From positions 30,256,001 to 30,320,000 of the forward strand of contig OX597831.1 in NCBI GenBank assembly GCA_951406725.2: DNA of 64,000 nt, written 5' to 3'. Under the pieces are notes generated by a model. The model was not told where the DNA came from and searched no databases. It saw only the letters and a list, made by a program, of their open reading frames with translations. Positions within the stretch are counted from its first letter, which is position 1; each line of letters opens with the position of its first letter. The position numbers and the translations under genes were made by a program. The stretch is from Octopus vulgaris. Lineage: Eukaryota. Shown piece after piece: positions 44,081-57,151 of this stretch.

Positions 44081-44155
44081 CGCGGTCACTGATGAGAATT
44101 TCGCCTAGCAAATTATTTTATTTACTAAATAAAATTCGAAACCTAGGTGTGAGCG
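44081..44155 (+). ncRNA. Type I hammerhead motif with extended stem II, probably inactive
   Basis: CTGATGAG-AATTT...AAATT-CGAAAC-CTAG-GTG. Loop 3 is palindromic, but the cleavage triplet is GUG rather than NUH. Confidence 0.6.
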
Positions 44156-44530
44156 TAAAAAAATAACAGGGTAAAAGTTTATATTTTTAATTCCTTTCGA
44201 AATTGCTCTTAAATGTGGTTTTGGTCGTTTTGACTGCTTCTTCTAGCGTTTAAAGCTGCCAGTTGAAGGTAGCTTCTCTTGTGTTGAGAATATGTTATCA
44301 ATTGACTTTTTATACATTCTAGGTCACTGGTAGTGAAATTTCTAAAAAACCTCGCTACCCTATATATTTTACGTATTATATTATATATCTGTATATTATA
44401 TATTATATTATATATATATAAATATTATATATTATATATTATATTATACATATTATATATTATTACATAATATATTATAAATATCATATATAATAGAAAC
44501 GTAAATCCAAGTGGCCTCACTATTGGGGAG

Positions 44531-44896
44531 GAATAAATGCGGCGAGTTGGCAGAAACGTTAGCACGCCAGGCGAAATGCTTAGCGGTGTTTCATCAGTGT
44601 TTACGTTCTGAGTTCAAATTCTGCCGAGGTCGACTTTGCCTTTTATCTTTTCAGGGTCGATTAAATAAGTACCAGTTACGCACTGAGGTCGACATAATCG
44701 ACTTAATCCGTTTGTCTGTCCTTGTTTGTCCTCTCTGTGTTTAGCCCCTTGTGGGTAGTAAAGAAAATAGGTATTTCATCAGTGTTTACGTTCTGAGTTC
44801 AAATTCTGTCTATTAAATGCGTACCAGATGCGTACTGGGGTCGATATAATCCACTGGCCCCCTCCCCCAAAATTTTGGGCCTGGAGTAGAAAAGAA
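44531..44896 (+). mobile_element. SINE family A dimer with internal deletion
   Basis: TSD TATTGGGGAG at 44521-44530 and 44897-44906. Confidence 0.9.
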
Positions 44897-45507
44897 TATT
44901 GGGGAGTATTTTTTAAGAGATCTGTACATAGATGCTAATCGTCAAGTACTTTACTATCAGTAACAATAGTAATAATTTTAGTCGATGCTGTATATATAGT
45001 GACAGTGTTTACATCTGTCTCTACATAAAAGCGTTGCTTATAACTTCTGTAGTACAGAATAATACAGAAACAAAATACTGTTAATACGCAGGTTCTACAT
45101 AGAAATGACATTGTAAATTAGCGGATAAACATATAAATGGACATATACACAGTTGAGCACACATGATTGCCCGCACAAATACACACGTTCTGTGTGTGCA
45201 TGTGATTCTAAGTACGTGCGTGCGTGCATGTAAGTGTGTACGTGCTTGTATGTGTGTATATGTGTATATTTGTATCTATGTGTCACACACATTGACGATC
45301 TATATGATTGTGTGCCTGAAAGCCTGCATATATGCACACATACATACATGTATCTATACATGTCGATGTGTATATATATATGTTAAAGTATGCATTATCA
45401 TATATGCATTGTATTGCATACATGTTTTATATGTCTCTGTCTCAGAATATATACAAATCTGTTTGTATATATGTATATATATGCATGTGTATGTATGTGT
45501 GTATATA

Positions 45508-45606
<99 letters not shown>

Positions 45607-45961
45607 ATGTGTGTGTGTGTGAGTACGTTTGTACGTAGGTATATGGTTGTATGTACGTATGCATATTGGTATATGACTATGTTTGTACCCATACATGTAT
45701 ATGTATATGTATAGGTATGCATATATGTATATATCTGTATACGGATGTATGCTTCTATATCTGCATATATATGTGTGCATACGAACATATATATATATGT
45801 ACATACGTACGTATGCATATCTGTATATATGCATGTCGGTGTGTTTGTAAAAATGCATGTATGTATGTATGTATGTATGTATATATGTATGTATGCGAAT
45901 GTCTTTGCATATGTTCGAAATATCAGCAAAAAATAAAATATAAATATGTGTTATAACTTAC

Positions 45962-46103
45962 TTTTCTCGGATGCTTAGCTTTGATAAAATAGGTTTCAAT
46001 GTTATGATGCCTTAGATATGAGTTTCTCTCACTTCCATAGCCGGGTTCTGTGTCATATTCTCCATGTAAGTGGTCGAGTGTCGCCTTCGTTATATGAACT
46101 CGA
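45962..46103 (-). CDS. ADCY1: Coding exon of transmembrane adenylyl cyclase (ADCY1/rutabaga-like), C-terminal part of catalytic C1a domain
   Basis: Acceptor ctttattttatttcag and donor gtaagt. 142 nt, phase 2 in and phase 0 out. Translates (G)[47 protein letters not shown], closely matching the type-1 adenylyl cyclase segment VHITKxTLxxLxGxYxVEPGYGxERNSFLxxHNIETFFI (recognised from memory). Confidence 0.95.
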
Positions 46104-46871
46104 CTGAAATAAAATAAAGCAACATTAGATAAAATCCATATATTCGTGTAGACATTGATATCATCCTCCTCGTTGTCATTACAATCACCATCAACAGCAA
46201 AACCAGCCACCACCTTCACTACCACCATCACCAATATCCTCCACCTCCTCCTCCTCCTCCTCCTCATCATCATCATTATCATCATCAACGTATCATCATC
46301 GTCATCAATATAACCATCATGACAAACAGCAGCACTCACCACCACAAACAGCAGCACTCACCACCACCTACACCACCATCAACGTCATCATTTCATCCTC
46401 ATCGGCATTAACACCACCGCCACTACCGTCAATACCATGTATATTATCTTCATGTTGACAACGACCATCATCGTCATCATCATCTTCATCTTCATCAACA
46501 TAATCATCATCATAATCAGTAACATCATCATCATCACCATCAACATCATCATCATCATCATCATCAGTAACATCACCATCACCACTACTACCATCACCAT
46601 TACCCTCATCACCCTCCTCAACATTAGCTGAAAAGGCTGCCTTAGCGTTGTGTAGCAGAATCGTTTTACTCTGAACCCCATGGACTAAGTGGAGCAGGAG
46701 CACACGAGGACGGAAAGTGACGCAGAAGAGATCACAGGTGCGTGACGAAAGATTTTCGGACAATTGATATGAGTTGAAATAAGAATAGTAATTAATGAGT
46801 GAAGAACGAATATGTAGTGTGTTTATTTGGCAAAATAAAAAAAAAAAATGACCATTTTGTACATGGTATTT

Positions 46872-47106
46872 AGAAGGCGGCGAGCTGGCTGAATCGTTAG
46901 CATGCCGGACGAAATGCGTGGCCGTATTTCGTCTGCCGTTACGTTCTGAGTTCAACTTCCGCCGAGGTCGACTTTGCCTTTCATCCTTTCGGGGTCGATA
47001 AATTAAGTACCAGTTACGCGCTGGAGTCGATGTAATCGACTTAATCCGTTTGTCTGTCCTTGTTTGTCCCCTCTGTGTTTAGCCCCTTGTGGGCAATAAA
47101 GAAATA
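46872..47106 (+). mobile_element. SINE family A monomer, tail 2, young
   Basis: Flanked by GGTATTT at 46865-46871 and 47107-47113. Confidence 0.93.
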
Positions 47107-47539
47107 GGTATTTTTATATAAGCAAGCGAATGTGTAGAACAATACAGACAAAAGAAGGAGAAAACGGAGAAAATGTCACACGATTACAAATACAAACAAC
47201 AAGAGAATAACAACAGGTGTCTTTCGTCTAATAAGGAAAAGTTGAGTTATGCTGGTGTGTAGAGTGAAAGCATTGAGGCACAGACATAGATGAAAGTCAG
47301 GACACAGGACAATAAGGTGTTGTACGGGCCGAGAAAGAAAGATGACGCTTGGCCGAACACCGGTCACGTGGAAGGAACAGAGAGAGGAAGGGAGCAGAGT
47401 GATTGAAGAATTAGGGACGGAAATAGAGAGAGAGAGAGAGAGAGAGAGATTGGAAGGGACAGAGGGAAAAGTACTAGGGGGATAACGAAGGAAAGTAGAG
47501 AAGTTAAAGAGAATGCCAAGAAATGTGAGAGAGGGAGAG

Positions 47540-47580
<41 letters not shown>

Positions 47581-48479
47581 TGTATATGAATGTATACATA
47601 TATATATATATATATATATGTATGTAAGCATATATACATACATATTTATGTATACATATTTTATATAAATACTTACATATATGTATATATTTATTTAAGT
47701 GTGTCAGTGTTGGTGTGTATATTATGCGAATGTGTGAAGTCCTTATCAACTATTTCCCCACAATCTAATGAGCTGTTATCTCTTCACAAGACTGAAGATA
47801 ATAATACTAATAAAGTCTCGACAAAATTTGATTGAATGACTCGCTATAACTCTTGATCATAGCAAAGTTCACTTGGGCTGAAATAGACATAATCCCAGTA
47901 CACTAAACCACACACACTTCATAATCACGCAGAAACGTTCTAGCTAAGAACCAGCTTAAGTAGACTTTCATATATGTTTTTCTTTATTGGTTTAGCGTCG
48001 AAAGTACTTGAACGTCAGAACATCAACAAACAGTGAAGACATTTCCTTTCGAATACTATTTAGAAAACAGAACATCTCATAGATTTACTTCATTAAAGTT
48101 AGAGTTGTTTGTTTTCTCAATTAATATCGTATTTCACTATATCTGTTCTTTTGAACACACACAAAACAACACATGCACACACAATGTCTGTCTCTTTTGG
48201 CTAATATGATATCTTCCAGGATAGAAACACCGAGATGGTTTCTTCAAAAACGTTAATCCTATCGTTAGTTATACCATTATCAATATGTTGATTCTACTTT
48301 TGAACTTGACACAGGTGAAACAAACTAATAACCTATATATGCCACTAGCTGAAAATACAACAGTAAACTCGGTTTTGAATCATTTATGTTCGAGATCTTA
48401 TCGACGGGCGTTATTTAATACAATACTCGCAATATACTGTAACAAATCTGAAACAATCTTTCAGGTTTAACTCTCCTGT

Positions 48480-48885
48480 GACTTTTTTTCAAATAATATA
48501 TGATTATTTGCAATTACATCATTGTTGTGTTGGTTAATGAAAAAGGCGAAGTTTTTACAGCAAGAATATCTGATCTTAAGCGTTCTTCTATTAAATAATC
48601 TATAAAACTTATGGTCAGGTTGAAAATGACTAGAGACTAATTTTAAGAATTCCCTACCTATATTTATTTTTACGGTCATATTGAAAGCTGGGTTAAACCA
48701 CAAAACCTTCCTGGTCCTAATTCTACGTGTAGCATTACTGCTAGCCTTAAGTTGGTTATACTGGGTCTTCTCAGAGAATCCACTATTCCTTAATGCGCTA
48801 TTGTAATAAGATGCGGCATTTTGAAATGCTGCCTCATCCTAAGAAATTGACCATATTCGTCTACCTACATTACTGACTAATATAT
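48480..48885 (-). mobile_element. Penelope-like (Neptune-type) RT C-terminal fragment
   Basis: YYNSALRNSGF...RKVLWFNPAFNMTVKINIGREFLKLVSSHF...FNRRTLKIRYSCCKN...HN. Confidence 0.85.
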
Positions 48886-49420
48886 ATATAAGCTTGTTGA
48901 CCTTGTGCCAATATTTTGAAACCAATATGTCCGCTTATATGGCCACACAGTGTTTTGATTTAAAATGTTGGAAATCTAATATAATTTCTTATGAGAAATC
49001 TATTGCTACCGAAATATATTAAATTATTTAGTTCTAGAAATGTTGTGTCTGGACAAAAATAAAACAGACACAGCTGGAATGAATTTGATGGTATCTTCTC
49101 GATCAAGGCTGGTCTCAGAGGCAAAGGACGATTTTATATTTAATTACTTGGCTGGGATATTTTGTGTTATTTTAGTATTATATTTATTCTTCTAATAACA
49201 TTTTAGATTTTCATCAAAAATTATATAACGTTTAAGCTTATAAATTGTATTCACAATGTGATGGTCTGAGCTGTATAACATTAGAAAAACAGCATCCAAA
49301 AATACTCGCATTTTCTATTCTACCGGTCACTGGTTCTTTGTCCGGCTCATAGGGAATTCAATGGATTGTTGTACCTACATTTGTGTATCTGCTACTACTA
49401 CTCAAACCAAGGCTCTAGAC

Positions 49421-49757
49421 CACTGGTTCTCAAAATCTTTTATCTATGGAGCACTTTGATTACAATTTTATTCTGGCGCCATTCGATGTTTAAAAACTAG
49501 TTTCATGGAAACTTCTTTCAAAATTGCTATCTCTTTTTTTCCACACATTAACTTGTTTATGTTGAATCATGTAAAATGTTAGAGAAAGAAATCTAGCTGT
49601 TGCTTGCAATACATACCAATACATACATCTAAAACAAAATTTTTTGAGGGGCCCTTAAAATACTGTTGTGAATCCCCAGTTTACTATTTTGTTATGTGAT
49701 CTCCAAAATTCTTATAATGACCCTCGAAGCCAAATGAACCCCGGTTGAGAACCACTG
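49421..49757. mobile_element. 337-bp hAT/Charlie-type MITE
   Basis: TIRs CACTGGTTCTCAA / TTGAGAACCACTG; perfect 8-bp TSD CTCTAGAC at 49413-49420 and 49758-49765. Confidence 0.92.
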
Positions 49758-50188
49758 CTCTAGACTTATTTGTGATGACTCATTTACCAACACATTCTAG
49801 CTCCTGAATGTCTTCGCAGTCTACGTATTCTTCCACAAAGAAAAGACAATATTTTCCTCTGAGCGAACAAGTTACATGCCATCTCTACCTAGTCATTTTG
49901 AAACTTATCATCACCACATCACAGTATATTATGTATTAGATATCGTTGAACAATTTTCTAAACCGATTATATATTTCCCTAGAGCGTAAGCCTTCCGGAA
50001 TAAGACTGTTTTAAATTTTTCTGCGTCCATCAAATAACAATACCAAACTGTTTTTTTCGTTTGGTTAAACAAAAAGAGTTACAGTAAATCTCTCTTTATA
50101 ATACACACATTTTTTTCATCAAAATCAAGCGTATAGTTATTATTCCGCTAAGATTTTTATTAACAGAAACCAATAACCTAACAAAGTT

Positions 50189-50189
<1 letters not shown>

Positions 50190-50278
<89 letters not shown>

Positions 50279-50373
50279 CATTATTATTATTATTAATATT
50301 ATTTTGTAATCGACTACTGTAATCCCCTTCCCCCAAATTTTAGACCTTGAAAGTTTAGTAGAAGGATTATAAC

Positions 50374-50436
<63 letters not shown>

Positions 50437-50439
50437 TAC

Positions 50440-50493
<54 letters not shown>

Positions 50494-50523
50494 CATCATC
50501 ATCATCATCACCATTATTATTAT
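50190..50523. repeat. (ACT)n and (ATT)n arrays with a SINE A tail remnant
   Basis: Seen directly. Confidence 0.95.
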
Positions 50524-51385
50524 GAAAACCTCTCGGATAGTTCTTAATTACCGGTTATTCTTTACTTGTTTGCAGGCAACAACAAATCACCAAAGGTTTC
50601 AAGTAGTGCTTTCTCCTGTGACTCAAAGAGATAATACTCTCCTTAGAATGCGAGCTGTACCCAACAATGCTGTCTCCTGGATCACCTCGAGCCTGACAGC
50701 ATCTCCAATATTATGCTTTCAAAGCCCTTGGAAACTACTCCTAATGCTCTAATTTCCACCGGTATCACTATTACTTTCCTATCTCGTTCCGCAGTGGCTG
50801 GTATTTCTCAATCTTTTCTGTTTCCTTACATTTCACCCTCTAATCGCCTGGTATTACAACATACATTATCTTTACTTCTTTTTTATCTTTATAGATGAGC
50901 ACGATATCTGGTCGTCTCGCCTCTATGACTTGGTCGCACTGCATGTTAAAATTCCAGAGTATTTTGTAATGTTCATTTTCTATTACTCCCTTTGGCTTGT
51001 GTTCGTACGATTGCTCGGCTCTCTCGAGATTTGCTTTACCGCACAACAGCCAGTGGACGTATCTGGCCACATTGTCGTGTCTCCTTTTATATTCGCGTTA
51101 TGCGAGCTTACAGCATTCACTAAAAATATGGCTTATGCTTTCTCCCTTCTCAGAGCACATCCTACACTATGGCGTGTCAGTGCTTTTATCAATGTGATAT
51201 TTGGAGTAGTTTGCTCTGAAAGCATGTTCTTGAGCGCTGCACACTACTGCCACGGTGGGCCCTTTTAAGTCTCCTTTCTGCAGCCATTGCCAGGTTCTAT
51301 TCCAATCATTCTCATCATTATTCTTCAAGAACTGACTGTGCATTTTATTGTCCTACCAAATGTTCTTCATCTGATTATTCTTTTT
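50524..51385 (-). mobile_element. R4/Dong-like RLE LINE 3' end
   Basis: VARYVHWLLC...YEHKPKGVIENEHYKILWNFNMQCDQVIEARRPDIV and ALLGTARILR; ends in (AAT)n. Confidence 0.88.
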
Positions 51386-51682
51386 TGTAGATTAGGTAGG
51401 CAGGATTAGCCCTTGCCTTTCGATCTCAGTATTAAAGCTACGCATAGGACTGATGTAGTACACGTGCTGTGTACATTCTTACAACAACGTTTTCTTTACG
51501 CGCCATATAGGCAGATGTAATTCTGCATACAACTCAGTCGCGCGCCCGTTTCGCTTTTTTGTGTGTTTTACTACATAAACGTCACCAACTACCTACTGAC
51601 GGCACGTGCCTGGTATTATTTTTAAAATTTTAAATTTTATTTTATCTAGTTTCAGCTCACGAGCTGTGGCCATGCGGGCACC

Positions 51683-51716
<34 letters not shown>

Positions 51717-51719
<3 letters not shown>

Positions 51720-51934
51720 ATGAAGGGTGAAATTAATTAATTTGGAATAATTATCAATTACACCAAGTAGTCTTCGGCATGTAAAAGCCTCATTCGAGGA
51801 AAATTTAAGTAATACTAAGCAATAAAGGGTTTAGCAACGAATTGCCTTACCACAGACCGAATTTAGAAATAGCAGTCAAAGAGTTATAGTATAGTAGAAG
51901 AAATATAACTCTTTGAATGCTATTTCTAAATAAG

Positions 51935-51937
<3 letters not shown>
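51717..51937. mobile_element. Short insert in (TA)n ending in a 28-bp inverted repeat, possibly pLTR-derived
   Basis: Arms 51861-51888 and 51904-51931 with one mismatch. Confidence 0.55.
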
Positions 51938-51995
<58 letters not shown>

Positions 51996-52105
51996 GAAAT
52001 GTATACATATATATATACATGAATATATATATATATACATAAATATAAATATATATACATATATACATACATATAAATACACACACACACATATATATAT
52101 ATATG

Positions 52106-52168
<63 letters not shown>

Positions 52169-52737
52169 TCATATTATATGGAATAAAATGCTTAAAAAAT
52201 GTATATTGTACTAGCGTAGATTATCTGCTCTTGTCGTGATTAGTAATACTGCTTTCTTTACGGAATATTTTAGCGACTATACATCAACTTGTATGCGATA
52301 AACTTTAAATATTAACGATTATTATTCTTATATAAAATTACTCTCAGGGATAACCAGTAAATATGTGAGCGCTATTATACAATAATATATTTTATATGGC
52401 CTCTAACATTTATGATATTACTAAAGTATGATTTCTAAGATCTTGTTGAATAAATGATTTAAATTTCTCTAAATTTTATTCGTATTTTCAATTTACACTA
52501 ATGGAATTTCGTAAAATTATTCACATAAGCGATATTAAATTACCATAAACCAATATAATTTTTAAAGAAGTTTCTTATAAAAGAAATATAATCTATCATT
52601 TTTGAGCTATTATGCTTCATAGAATCATCTTAATTCATAAAATTATGAACTGTTTTATATTTTGCAATGTAAAGCTTAACGCAAAGCCATATAATCTTAT
52701 GTATGTGTGTGTACGTGTGTGTGAATATATGTGTGCG

Positions 52738-52796
<59 letters not shown>

Positions 52797-53114
52797 GTAT
52801 ATTAAAGTTTCTTTTTATGCTGAGTTATAATGAAAACCGATCGCGCTGAACTCGATCAATGCCCAATACATTCTGTTAGACCAAAAATCTATTATACTTT
52901 TACCAGAAGAGTGGTGAAAGTGACTTCGAAGTCTTGGACAGCCAGCGTCAAATAGGCCGAAACTTTGAAGTCACTGTCATCAATCTTCGTATAAATGCAT
53001 TACACACACATACACATATGCATATACATACATAAATACATACATACATGCATACATGCGTACATACATACATACATACATACACACATACACACACATA
53101 CATACATACATACA

Positions 53115-53171
<57 letters not shown>

Positions 53172-53394
53172 GTTGTGGTAAATATTGAGCATGTACTAAT
53201 TAGTTATATATATATAATGGTTGTTTAAATAATTGAGTACGTAACTAGTAGTTAGCCCACAGAGCACGTTCACTCATATGGTTACCTGTCGTCATCCACG
53301 GTATTTACACAAATGCTGCTGGATCTGCTTCAGGAATTCCTCAGTGTCCATTTAGTATATAACAAATGAGAGAGACGTAGATGACAAAAATAAA

Positions 53395-53860
53395 CCCAAG
53401 AGAGGGATGAAGGTGCAAATGAAATAGATGAAATTATGAAGTTGTTCAAGGGAAGTTTGTTCCTCGGAGGTTTACGCCGATAGAGTCGTCTATGTGTCGA
53501 CCGTATAGCACTGGACCGTATAGTTCGGTCCAGTGAACTTAGAAAAGATTTGGCCCTCCAACTATAAGCTGGCAGAGTTGAGGTCCATACTCGTTCCCAT
53601 GGTGAATCTATATAATTGCTGGTAGACCTTGCCTACGAACGTGAAGGTGTTGAGTGTGATAACGAGTTCAGCGATGCAGAACTGGATTCGAGGACGGCAC
53701 AACGATCGAAGAAATATTCGAACGTCAGTGTGGGGGATGAAAGAGTAGAGGGATTTTATATCCATGGTAAAGGGGAGGCGGAGGACAAGAAGGAAGTTAA
53801 AAAGCCGAAGGTCATGATTGGTGTCATGGATGCGGAACGGGAAGGAAGAAGAGAGAAAAG
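53395..53860 (-). mobile_element. Penelope-like reverse transcriptase core fragment
   Basis: FTMDIKSLYSFIP, AELVITLNTFTF, YQQxxxFTMGTSM, LYGRHIDD. Confidence 0.9.
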
Positions 53861-54096
53861 ATAAAGTCCAGATATTTAGAAATAAGCTCAGTGGGGCAAT
53901 TACAGACAAAAATGATCTGTCCAGATACATACACATATACAAACCCCTCCTAAACATATTGTGTGTGTGTGTGTGTGTGTCTGTGTGTGTGTGTGTTAAC
54001 GTAATACGACTTATAGAGTGTATGTAAATTGATATGTCAAGTCTGTGAGCACAAATGCTTGAATAGTAAACGGATAACAATATAGAATGCATTCAA

Positions 54097-54312
54097 GGTT
54101 GCGGGCTGGCAGCATCGTTAGCACGCCGGACAAAATGCTTAGCTGCATTTCATCCATCATTACGTTTTGACTTCAAATTCCACCGTGTTCGACTTTGCCT
54201 TTCATCCTTTCAGGGCCGATTAAATATATACAAGTCATGTACTATTGTGATGGATGAAATCGACATTATCCCGCCCACGAAATTGCTGGCCTGGTTCCAA
54301 AATTTTAAACCT
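54097..54312 (+). mobile_element. SINE family A, tail 1, older
   Basis: Similarity to family A. Confidence 0.85.
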
Positions 54313-54720
54313 ATATAGAGTACATGCGTTTGGATACGCTTGAGTCTATGCGTGTGTTCATGTGCTCTCATGCGCTTCTGTGTACGAGTGTTTGTTGTGT
54401 TTTTATGTGTGCGCTCTGTTTAACCAGCAGAATTTTCTAAAATCTGCGAGTATTTGGCAGCAGCAATGTGAATTATTCTTTTCTAGAAAGCTAATCTATT
54501 GAAGCAAATCCAGCTTTGGAGTGACATAATCGACTGGCAGATAAGATCTCCCAGTAGCCGGTAGATTAAACGACTTAAAGGAAAGTACTTTAGGAACATT
54601 TTGGAAAGAGATCAAATTTTGACTACCAAATCGGTAAAATAATGGTGATGGTTAGAAACCATCAACTTGTAGAAGACAATGAAGGCGAGCTCTAAAATTG
54701 GCTAACTTGATTTTATGTTT

Positions 54721-54918
<198 letters not shown>

Positions 54919-55237
54919 CTGTGGTGGCGGTGGTGGCGAGAGTGATGGTTGTAGTTATTGTGGGGATTGTTTTGCCTATCAGCCATTCGGGGTTGATGAA
55001 ATAAATACCAGTTGCACAGTGATGTCGAGTTAATCGACTTAGCCCCTCACCCGAAATGGCTGGCCTTGTGCCAAAATTTGAAATCAATATTACCCTTAGA
55101 AAAGATAAAGGGTGAAAAACGAACTCGACAGCCTCACGATTTTAACTCAGAATGTGATGGGTCATATCAGAATACCGAAAAGCATTTAATCCGGCACTAT
55201 AACAATCCTGCCAGTTCATTGTCTTTTAATGATAAAG

Positions 55238-55286
<49 letters not shown>

Positions 55287-55319
55287 TAATAACAATAATA
55301 ATAATAGTAGTAGTAGTAA

Positions 55320-55369
<50 letters not shown>

Positions 55370-55447
55370 ATGATAATGATAATAATAATGATCATGATAA
55401 TAATAATAATAATAAGAATAATAATAATGATAACAATAATGATAATA

Positions 55448-55524
<77 letters not shown>

Positions 55525-55620
55525 CAAGCTGAAGAAAAATGTATATGGGGGGAGTGTGTCAGAAAAATGTAGAATCTGTGGAACTTGAAACTGTCCCGTT
55601 TCAAGTTCCACAGATTCTAC

Positions 55621-55712
<92 letters not shown>
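55238..55712. repeat. (AAT)n/(AGT)n/(GAT)n arrays enclosing a ~100-bp LINE scrap with a perfect hairpin
   Basis: Seen directly; hairpin at 55567-55622. Confidence 0.93.
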
Positions 55713-55714
55713 TG

Positions 55715-55880
55715 TCCTTCTACAATAGGCACAAAGTATAAGATTTTGTGGAAAATGGGTAGTCGATTATATCGACATCTGGACCCAACTGCTACTTATT
55801 TTATCAGGCCCTAAAAGGATGAATGATAAAGTCGACCTTAGTGGAATTTGAACATAGAACGTAAAACCGCGAGAAATGTT
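55715..55880 (-). mobile_element. SINE family A, degenerate
   Basis: Similarity to family A. Confidence 0.75.
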
Positions 55881-56406
55881 ACTAAAGTTCATTAAATCCA
55901 TTTCAGTAAGTGAGTTTTGTTTTATCTTATCGTCCCCAACAGGATGAAAAGGAAAATCTATCAACGTAAAAGTTGTGTTTACATCGAAAAGTTCCTTAAT
56001 TGAACGCTGCAAGCAATTTTGTCCATCACCGAGTCCTTTCTAGCATCCATCGCTTTTAAGATACACGCTGTGTAATACTAATTTATAAAAGTAATGATTA
56101 TTTGTAGACAGTATTAATGAAAATTTCCCTTTTTGCGATATTAAAAAGACAGGAAAATAAAATAAAAAAAAACAAAAACTTTATCTCATCTGTGTTTCAT
56201 TGACAAAGGTATGTTTTCAAGATTAAGGTTTAAAATGTTTCAGTCTGAGACATAAAGGGTGCGTCTTTAGATTCCTTTAGAGATGTTGGAAGTTAGAGAT
56301 AATTAGATTGGATTAATTGAAATTTGACTGAAGTTAATATTGATTAAATAAATGCGTGAAAAGAAAACATAGGTAGGTAGGTGGAGAGAGAGAGAGAGAG
56401 AGAGAG

Positions 56407-56935
56407 TATTTCTTTATTCACCATAAGGTTGAGAAAAAGAGGGGACAAAACAAACGTTGGGGTCAGGGTATCGAATGAGACGAAACGTATGAATAAACAA
56501 ACAATTGAAATATATACAATTAAATGAGAATGAGTGAATAACAAAAAATGAAGCGGAGGACGCGGTTGACCCCACAAACCACATACTCACACTGAAGACT
56601 TTGCTTTCTCCTTTTTCACATTCTCGATTAAACAGGTTCTTTCACTCGCAACATACTTGCTATAGACTTCCATCTTTTACGAAACACACTTTGCTAAAGG
56701 CATTTCTTCTCCAGCCTTATTTTCCGTTTCATGTGGAAAACGAAAAAGTCGATTAGTTCGAGACTGGAGATGAACATGCCTGTTGCAATCCCTTTTACTC
56801 TCGTCTTCCACACTACTTCTTTCGCCATAGCAACTACCGAGAGAAAACAGGCTCGCTCCTCCCTATTCAGAGAGGTCGGCGGAACTATCTTAATTACAGA
56901 TTCGCTCGACAGTTGTACTCTTCTCGAATGCGATA

Positions 56936-56938
<3 letters not shown>
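56407..56938 (-). mobile_element. Tx1-clade LINE 3' end between (GA)n arrays
   Basis: FLSVVAMAKEVVWKTR...FFVFHMKRKIRLEKKCL...FRKRW resembles a Tx1 ORF2 C-terminus; 3' UTR ends AATAAAGAAATA then (CT)n. Confidence 0.75.
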
Positions 56939-57013
<75 letters not shown>

Positions 57014-57083
57014 CTGAAATAGTGAGGGCGAGTGAGAAAGAGAGAGAGAAACAGAGAAGGCTGAAATAGTGAGGGTGAGTAAC

Positions 57084-57151
<68 letters not shown>

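Noticed and set aside
46368-46955. 195-aa acidic ORF near the cyclase exon
   Set aside because: Composed of SINE A plus (GAT)-rich low-complexity sequence, with no cyclase motif.
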